Assembly (NCBI GenBank): GCA_051362555.1
Contig: CM120646.1
Coordinates: 14,880,001-14,944,000, forward strand
Origin: Lingula anatina
Taxonomy: Eukaryota > Animalia > Brachiopoda
Direction: 5' to 3'
DNA length: 64,000 bases
The notes under the pieces are model-generated. The model saw nothing but the letters and a program-made list of their open reading frames with translations, did no database searches and was not told the DNA's origin. Below, piece by piece: positions 51,501 to 64,000 of this stretch (position 1 is its first letter; each line of letters opens with the position of its first letter). Position numbers and translations under genes: made by a program.

Positions 51501-54217
51501 AATCAATCTGTGGCTCTGGTAGAGGGTAAATCAGTGTCCTTGGCTGAGAAAAGTGGTTGGGAGAGGGGGCGTTGCTGTTGACAGCCTACAATACACATGC
51601 TGATAAGTTACTTGTACTGCCTGTAGTACTGGGGCTCTCGTAGACGATAAACCAAGTAAAAAACTAGTGTGTGGACAAGGAAAAGGCTAACAATAGATAA
51701 CCCCCCAGGTTTCTTTTTCATAAATTTGGTGGGGAGGGGGGTGCAGCTGTCTTTTAACATTAAAATTTTTTTTTAATATCATAAGTGCAATGAAGAATGT
51801 TGGAACAAGTCTCAGAGCGCGATAAAAGGAAAAAAGACAAAAGAATTATTAGATAGAGCCGAAAATTCCACTCTCTGTGTGGAATGTGTTTTGTTATTTT
51901 TAACATCGACTTTAGCTGAAATCAGGGTAGGATGTGCTTTGTTCTTGTGTGTAACTGAATCATACAGAATACAGCTCAGAGCTGCTACAGTTGTACTAAG
52001 GGACTATTTCCACAGACATTTGGATCGATCTATCTCACTGGGGAGTCTCACTAAATTGCTATCAACGAAACCGGCTTAAATGTCTGTCACGCCTAGCAAA
52101 ACTGTTAGGGGGTAATTATCTTTACACCCTAGCTGATTCGGTAGGCGTGACAGACATTTAAACCTCTTGAGCTGATAGCAATTTAGCGTGAACCCCAGGG
52201 AGTTAGGTCGATCCAGATGGATCGATATAAGTATGGGAACCCAGTCTTATACTCTGGTATATGTATGTTGTTTAGGGTCATGCTGCTCCTGCACTGTACG
52301 CGGCGTGGGCCGAGGCTGGCTTATTTCCCGTGGAAGACCTACTTAATCTGAGAAAGGTGGACAGTGATTTAGAAGGACACCCAACCCCGGTACGCATTCT
52401 TTTTTAATTTGTTTGATTGTCTGGTTCTTTCTTTTAGTATTGGCTGGTTTATCTAGAAAACTACTAATGAAATATGATGTCAATGAAGATTTTTTCACGA
52501 AGTGCAATTAATATTAATAACCGTGTTGGTCTCGTTATAAAGGAATAAATCAAGTTAAAATGCATTTACAAAGATCAACTAAAACTACATTTAAATGCCA
52601 TTTTATACCAAGTATAAAATCGTATTTAGTACCATGTTTTAGGTGATCTTTATAGATGTGTTTTGAGCTTGATTTGCTTAATACTCTGAGAGAGAACATT
52701 TCTCTGATGGCCTTATTTACATTTCTAGAGACTCGAGTTTATTGACGTTGCGACGGGCTCACTAGGCCAGGGACTGAGCTGTGCCGCCGGTATGGCGTAT
52801 ACCGGGAAATACTTTGACAGGGCAAGGTACGTATAATAAATAATCATAATCACTTTTATTACGAGGAATTTTTAAAGAGATTTTAGAACTATCATAATTG
52901 TTTTCAGCTATTATGTAAAACGACCAGGGTTTGAATGTTTAAAGGTATTTGGCCGCTCTTGTAACGTTAATTAGTAATTAGCTAGACGGTCCGATTGATG
53001 GGGGCCCTCCCCCCATGGGGATAGGGATGGGGGTAGGGTCTTATAAACACGTACGATGTAAAATCCGTCACCATGAAAATTCTAGTGCTGTCTCTCTTTG
53101 GAAGATATCTCTTATATAATTTCTACCGGTAGATTTTACTCTGATTCATGAGATAAAATCAGAGGACTCTTCAACTTTGAATAAAGAACTTTTCGCCCAG
53201 CAGTTTATGCGTACTTACAGTTATGTGTTTTATTCTACAGTTATCGTGTGTTCTGCGTTGTTGGCGACGGCGAAAGTGCAGAGGGTTCTATATGGGAGGC
53301 CATGGCCTTCGCCAGCTTCTACAAACTAGACAACCTGGTCGCCATATTTGACGTAAACCGTTTTGGGCAGAGTGACTTAACGGCGCTGGAGCACGACTTG
53401 GATGCTTATAGGATAAGAGTTGAGGCATTCGGGTACGTTCGATGAACTTCGGGTTTACTTGAAGTTAAAAACAGTGAAAACATTTGATTGTCAATAATTC
53501 ATTGTCACTGTGGGATAAAGTAAGCTAGTAGTCGAACTCTTCACCTCTCTTACAAGAAAAAACATGAAAAGGGGGGAGATACAACTAGCAAGGTGGACTT
53601 CCCTCTTTGCACCCTGGTTCCTCCTGCCGTTTGGTAGAAAATTTGATTTATACTTACTTGCTTATCCTTCGAGCCATGGTCGACTCAAAAGGCTTGTCAG
53701 CATCCATCGACATCTCCCTCTATCTTTTGCTGCTATGCCGGCATTACCCTGTCACCCCATTTCTTTTCGCTCGGCTTCGGCTTATATCCTACTACTATTG
53801 TCTGCGCCCTTAATGGGATGTCACGAGTTCTGTTAATGACACAGATTTAAGCCAAAATATGTGGGCACGCTTTGCCTCTTATTATGGTTTTATTTATTGA
53901 TTCTATTCCCGTTTCTTTACGAAAGGTGTTACAATAATTTTACCTGAATTTGTTACGAATATGAGTCATCAATCTCATAGCAAGTATCCATAAGCCCACT
54001 TGTTTTATAAATCTCGTTACAGATGGAACACGTACGTTGTAGACGGCCACAGTGTGGAGGAATTGGTTCAGGCTTTCGCTGCAGCGGAACAAGTAAAAGA
54101 TAAACCGTCTTGCGTCATTGCAAAGACATTCAAAGGCAAAGGATTTCCTGGTAGGCGTGTATAGATAGCAGCAGTGATCTTCCATGGGGGCCTGTTTCAC
54201 AGAAACATTAATTGCCC

Positions 54218-54291
<74 letters not shown>

Positions 54292-57200
54292 TACTAAATA
54301 AATAATGTAAAAAGATCAGTTTGTGATTCACCTTGAATAGGTTCGTTAATATTCACAGAAATGGTACAGTTTTGGAAAAACAGCGTTTCCATTTCCCCAT
54401 ATTTTGTCTTTTAGCGTCCTACTGGACGCTCTCAATAATTATAAACCTTCGCAATTCAAAATAACGAGGCCAGGCTTTTGGCCCAACCCCTGTTTGGCAT
54501 CCATCACTCGCCCGCGATAAATGTTTCGATACGTATATGTACTTTGCCAAGAGAGCTTAAAATAATTTCGGATCAGTTCCCTATGTTATCGTCATGAAAG
54601 CTGTACTTATATAATTACCAGGCAGTGAAGACCAGGCAAAGTTCCACGGGAAAGTAGTTGGCGATAAAGATTTAGTCATCGACTCCATTGAGAAACAGTT
54701 GGTATCGAAGGGGTCTTTAAACCTTGAACCACGGCTGCCTATTGATGATGCTCCTCCTGTCAATATCCAAGATCTAATCTTGCCAGAGCCGCCAAATTAT
54801 AGGAAGGGAGACAGGGTGAGGCGTTTTGCGCTCGTTTCTACTCTTTTTTGGGTTGTATGAAGGGATGTCTTTTGCCACTGTTTATGAGAAAGACGTACTT
54901 GAGACTTTCGAGACAGTTCTTTGTTTACATTTTACTTAGGCAGACGTTCACTGGTTTATTTTAATGAAAAGTTTTACCCCAACAATGAATACAAAAATGG
55001 GTGAGTTTCTCTATTTTTTGAAGTCAAAGGAAGTTTAAAAAGCTGATGCCTTTCGTGTCCAATATTCAGAATTGGGGGGGGGGGGGGCATCAGGGAAAGG
55101 GATGTTTTTCTCCATTTTAGCATCCCCTGTGCTTATTTTGGTGACAACATGATCTTTTGTCATTACGAAATCACTATTGTTATGGAGTTTTGGTCAATAT
55201 TCAGTTCAATTTGAATTTTTGGTCGAGGTGGTCCTGATCGGTATGTGCCTCACAAAGAATACGGTTTGGAGATGTTTGCATCTAATTTTCCTAATTGCTT
55301 GTCCCACATGTGATTCTATTTTCTAGCTAGCTCCCCGGGTGGGCTTTGCCAGCGCTTCATCAAAGCTTGGAAAACTAAACAAGCGCGTTATCACTCTGGA
55401 CGGGGACATGCGTGGCTCCACCTTTTCCAACAAGTTTAGGGTAAGTTTTCACCTCATACTATCATGTTGTCATCGCAAACACTGTTCCCCGTGTTATTTG
55501 TGTTATTTTTAAAAAATATTATTAACGTTGATAGCTTCTTGGCATTGTTTTTTCCTTTTCCGTTGGAATATTTCTAATATTAATTTTTTTATGCAACGGA
55601 GTCAGTAAGAGAAGAAAAAGGAAAGAGAGTGCGAGATGTAAGTGATAACTAGTAATATATATTCCGGTCAATCGATGCCAAAATTACTGTCATAAACATA
55701 TAAATAAATAAAAATGTCTATGTTTCATGTCCAGGAGACTTGTCCTGATCAGTTCTTAGAATGCTTCATAGCGGAACAAAACATGGTTGGCGTGGCGATA
55801 GGGTGCGCCACCAGGGACAGAACAGTGGTCTTTCTCTGCACATACGGGAGTTTCCTAACAAGGGCTTACGACCAGATTCGCATGGGGGCCATCTCACAAA
55901 CCAATATCAATATTCTGGGGTCTCATCCTGGAGTTTCCGTAGGTAGGTAGAGAAACAAAACACGTGTTTTCTTTTTTCAACACAAAGCTGCTGCTTCTGA
56001 TTTTGATTTCTTCTGTAATACGTCCGTTCTGGAAATATAGTCGACACTACAAATATGAATAATATATGCAAACTTGTGTGCCTTCGTGCGTCATATAGAG
56101 TGCTACACTTTATGTTTTTTGATGGATTTATTAACAAAGAAGCAATTGCCTTCGTTTGCATTGCAAACATGTTTCATTTTATGGATCCATTAAGTTTCTA
56201 TGAATTTGGGAATTGCGACAAAGTCGAACGTGGGCGTTAGTCATCTGAGGAGAAGCACTTGTCGTTGCACTCAGTAGCTTGCAGTAAACGCCGTTGGCAT
56301 AATTATTGCAACTTTTATGTACATCGTTGCAATAGCACCCTCTGTAAACAAATCCAACCAAATCCACAATTAGCATTTGAAGGCTCTGAATGAGTTAGCA
56401 TATGCCATTGGGCTCGCATACCTTTCAAAATTTCCTTCTGTCTCTCTTTTTATATGTATGCATGGCTACCAATCTGTCTGCGAAAAAAAGATCTACAGCC
56501 CTTGTACATTGCAGGTGCAGACGGGCCGTCTCAGATGGGTATGGAGGACATGGCGATGTTTCGTGCCGTGCCCAATTGCACAGTGTTCTACCCGAGCGAC
56601 GCGGTCTCCATGGAGGGTGCCGTGAAACTCGCCGCATGCACCAAAGGAATAGCGTATATCCGGTCCACTCGATCAGAAACCAGCGTTATATACGACAACG
56701 AGGAGAGATTTCATATAGGAGAGGCAAAGGTAAGGTTTTGATTGGTATTCGAACAATTTATGTTCCATGCCATTTGTATAGCTTAAGCAAAACTGCCTTG
56801 ATAAGTATGGCAAGATGTTCACTATAACTTTCTAAATGCAGACCTACGTGTAGGCCCTTTTTCATTTTATTGCCAAATTGAAACCAAAATCGGATGACTG
56901 GACATGTCAAATTTACACTGAATTAAGAAGTGACAAAAGACGTGACCCATGTAATCGTGTAAAGGCTACCGATATAAACTTATCTATTATGTTTTGTGAC
57001 TACACATGCTATAATTTTTGTATATGGCGTTTGTTTTTTAATATGTCCTGCTTATTATCTTTAAGAAGGTTTGTTCAAGGCTGATGCTGATAGGTTACGC
57101 GTTTGTTAGAACTGTTTCAATGGCGGTAAAGTGCCACCTCTTTCAGCGTCGGCGATACTTCCCTCCCAACCCCCACCAAAAAAAAAAAAAGAAAAACGAT

Positions 57201-58321
57201 ACTGAGCGAAAGAGGACATTTTCCTTCTCTGTGCCCTACATTTTATATACATGTTACAAATTTTTATATAAATATAAAATTATGCTTGCCCGCCCAAGGA
57301 AAATCCAGGATCCCCCAGCAGTATCAGTTATTCACAACTGGGACCCAGCATCCAAGTGTGCATGCAGTTGAAAAATAAGAAGCGATTTTTAAAAGCGATT
57401 CCAACGGCCTGAATTCTAATCGATCAGTATACAGAATGTTATTCTTCATTTCTGTCAGGTTGTGCGACAACACCCCAACGATCAAGTCACCGTGGTGGCA
57501 GCGGGCGTTACCCTGGATACAGCACTGCAGGCAGCTGCCATTTTGGAAACTGAGGGAATACACATCCGTGTCATAGACCCCTTCACCGTGAAACCGTTGG
57601 ACAGGGAGACGATTCTCTCCTCCGCTAGGGCAACTGGGGGCAGAGTTTTGACAGTTGAGGATCACTATCCAGAAGGTATGGTGTTTCAAAAAATAAATTA
57701 ACTGTTATGGTATATCAGTTTTTTCTAAAACTCCCCTTATCCCCATGGGAACTATTCGTTCGATTACAGGGTAGATGATCGTGTGAGTTATGGATTAATC
57801 AGTCTTTCAGTGTGTGTATATATTACCGAGAAAGAATATTCGATTTCTCTGTATAGCATGGACAGCAAAATGTTTGACAGCAGCGTGTGCTAACAGTATA
57901 GGGGAAGGGGCATTGGCGTGTTTAATTGTATGTAAGAATAATAAAATTGGAATAATTGAAAAGTCAGTGGCTGAACTATCACTTTGGAGATCTGACCAAA
58001 CACTATGCGATTGTTGCTACGGCACGCAAAATTTGTGGTAATTTTTTTACTGTACTGTAAAAAGAATATCATATCTACTTAATCAATAACCTGTAATCCA
58101 CTCAAAACTTCGCACTGCATTTAATTATCTAATTATCTTTTCCAGGGGGTATAGGCGAAGCAGTGGCGGCAGCTATCGGAGATCAGAGCGACATCCGTGT
58201 GCGCATTTTAGCCGTACGTGATATTCCGCGCAGTGGGCCAGGTGATGTCCTTTTGGACAAATACGGCCTTGGGCCATCATCTATCATCAAGGCCATCAAA
58301 GAAGATATAGGGGCCAATTGA
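45566..58321 (+). CDS. TKT: Transketolase (animal TKT/TKTL-type), 12 exons, ~629 aa
   Basis: Exons 45566-45681, 51094-51211, 52276-52389, 52729-52826, 53241-53432, 54023-54150, 54622-54815, 55327-55440, 55735-55942, 56515-56729, 57459-57675, 58146-58321 (1890 nt). Motifs: [33 protein letters not shown], the ThDP motif [13 protein letters not shown]...DVNR, IAEQNMV, DGPSQM and VEDHYPEGG. An alternative in-frame ATG lies at 45593. It may be a diverged paralogue. Confidence 0.93.
45880..45940 (+). mobile_element. Possible tRNA-derived SINE head fragment
   Basis: B-box-like ggtttcgaatcccgg; no complete cloverleaf. Confidence 0.3.
47135..47960 (+). mobile_element. Degenerate non-LTR retrotransposon (RT domain and downstream region)
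   Basis: Translates to [38 protein letters not shown]...[14 protein letters not shown] and later [18 protein letters not shown], with stops and frameshifts. Confidence 0.7.
49174..49306. mobile_element. Internally deleted copy of the CAGGCCTACCCAACTACCAG MITE
   Basis: Same TIRs as 50384-50700, with the centre missing. Confidence 0.75.
50384..50700. mobile_element. MITE with ~110-bp TIRs (CAGG termini, hAT-like)
   Basis: caggcctacccaactaccagactcggcaccgaatgatcc... is mirrored by ...ggatcattcggtgccgattctggtagttgggtaggcctg; no clear TSD. Confidence 0.8.
50727..50915. mobile_element. Core fragment related to the 39063-39574 foldback family
   Basis: Shares ctgatccg..aaatatggc, ctctgaggtttaattgctag and gggagaccatc motifs with that element. 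Confidence 0.5.
51246..51528. mobile_element. TACCCTCTACCA-family MITE with two right ends
   Basis: taccctctaccagggccacaga at 51246; reverse-complement ends near 51367 and at 51528. Confidence 0.6.
51998..52248. mobile_element. MITE homologous to 30982-31206
   Basis: Shares gggagtctcacta, ggcttaaatgtctgtc and gcaatttagcgtgaacccc..ggagttaggtcga with that element, in inverted orientation. Confidence 0.65.
53650..53760 (-). mobile_element. Possible RTE-like LINE 3' end fragment
   Basis: The minus strand reads [11 protein letters not shown]...* followed by an aagcaagtaagta tail. Confidence 0.35.
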
Positions 58322-58807
58322 GCAATGTTTAGGCATGCACTGTTCAAGTGTTGCGCATCTTGTAACTGTGGTATTTTCGACCTGCACATTTACCAGATGG
58401 CGAACATTTATGCATTTATAAAAGCCTCTGACATAGGCACTCTGTGGGGTTTAGTATAGTTAAACGGAACAAATTATTGAGGAGTTTGGTTCATCTGGCC
58501 ACATTGCGATTTACCTGTCTCATCAGTATCTCTGTGTATAATCTGTCTCGTGTTAAGACATAAGGAGGGGACTTTTTGTACATTTATTTGGAACTGCTGA
58601 AAGGCTCTTGTGGTGTGCTCTTTTTATTGAGCCTGTATTATTATTATTAGATGGATTTGTGTGCAAAGCTGAGTTCTTTTTCAAATAGACATATTTCAAC
58701 AATTCTGCTCAAATTTATATTAATTTACAACAAAAACGTCACCACAAACATCAACTCAAAAATGCAACGACGATAACATGTACAATACAAGTACACTAAT
58801 GTCCGTT

Positions 58808-63452
<4,645 letters not shown>

Positions 63453-64000
63453 CTGAAAGAACGAGCTATTAGCAAAGCATGCCCTACTGTTACATCCTTT
63501 ATTTTCGGTAAAAGCTGAGAAAACCCCTTGTTTTGTGTGTCTTCGCGTGTGCGTGATTGTGCGTGAGTGCCTTTGTGGCTTTATACATGTAAACAACGAG
63601 AGGCTAAAAAAGTTACTATATTCAAAGTTCAATTACTTCAACAGTTTTAAAGATATTGCAATAAAATTTGAGATATTTTAGGAAAAGGATGTTTTTACTA
63701 AATGTTGAAAATTTCTTGACTCGACCTTTCTTAGTTTGGCACAAAAATTTCGATCTAAAGTATAGAATTCTTTGCCGGCATGACAGGTGCAAGTGTATGG
63801 AAGTTTTGACCCCTGTCAATGTGTTTTTGATTTGATGATAGTGTTAAAACTGTTTCACTTTAACACTTGGAATTTTGTGGGTTGCCCAATTATGATGTAT
63901 CAGAAATCTGTGCAAAATTCAAATTCAAAAGCTTGTGATCTATGAAAATAATTGGACTTAAATTAGTATCGTTTTTTTTTGAGCCACCCGATATGTACAG

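Overview
Eukaryotic, AT-rich, intron-containing DNA, probably from an invertebrate deuterostome such as an echinoderm (inference from gene content and repeat style; species not determinable). Five spliced genes were reconstructed by hand with GT-AG junctions and consistent phases. They are: a DBH-like monooxygenase/MOXD1 (+, 12 exons, ~617 aa); a BLOC-2 subunit HPS6-like gene (-, 19 coding exons, ~791 aa); SDHD (+, 5 exons, ~168 aa), head-to-head with HPS6; a transketolase (+, 12 exons, ~629 aa); and the 3' part of an ABCC/MRP transporter (-), convergent with it. Introns carry many non-autonomous DNA elements (MITEs, a CMC/EnSpm-type element, a 4.1 kb Helentron-type element with satellite arrays) and LINE remnants. 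The most notable observations are a duplicated MOXD1 splice acceptor that would create a stop-containing isoform and preserves a transposon's empty site, 38-bp palindromes with 7-bp target duplications, an intron-rich HPS6, paired loss of a MOXD1 disulfide, an atypical SDHD, and satellite/higher-order repeat evolution inside a Helentron-type element. I found no convincing wholly new multi-gene system. Comparisons to human proteins are from memory, not from searches.
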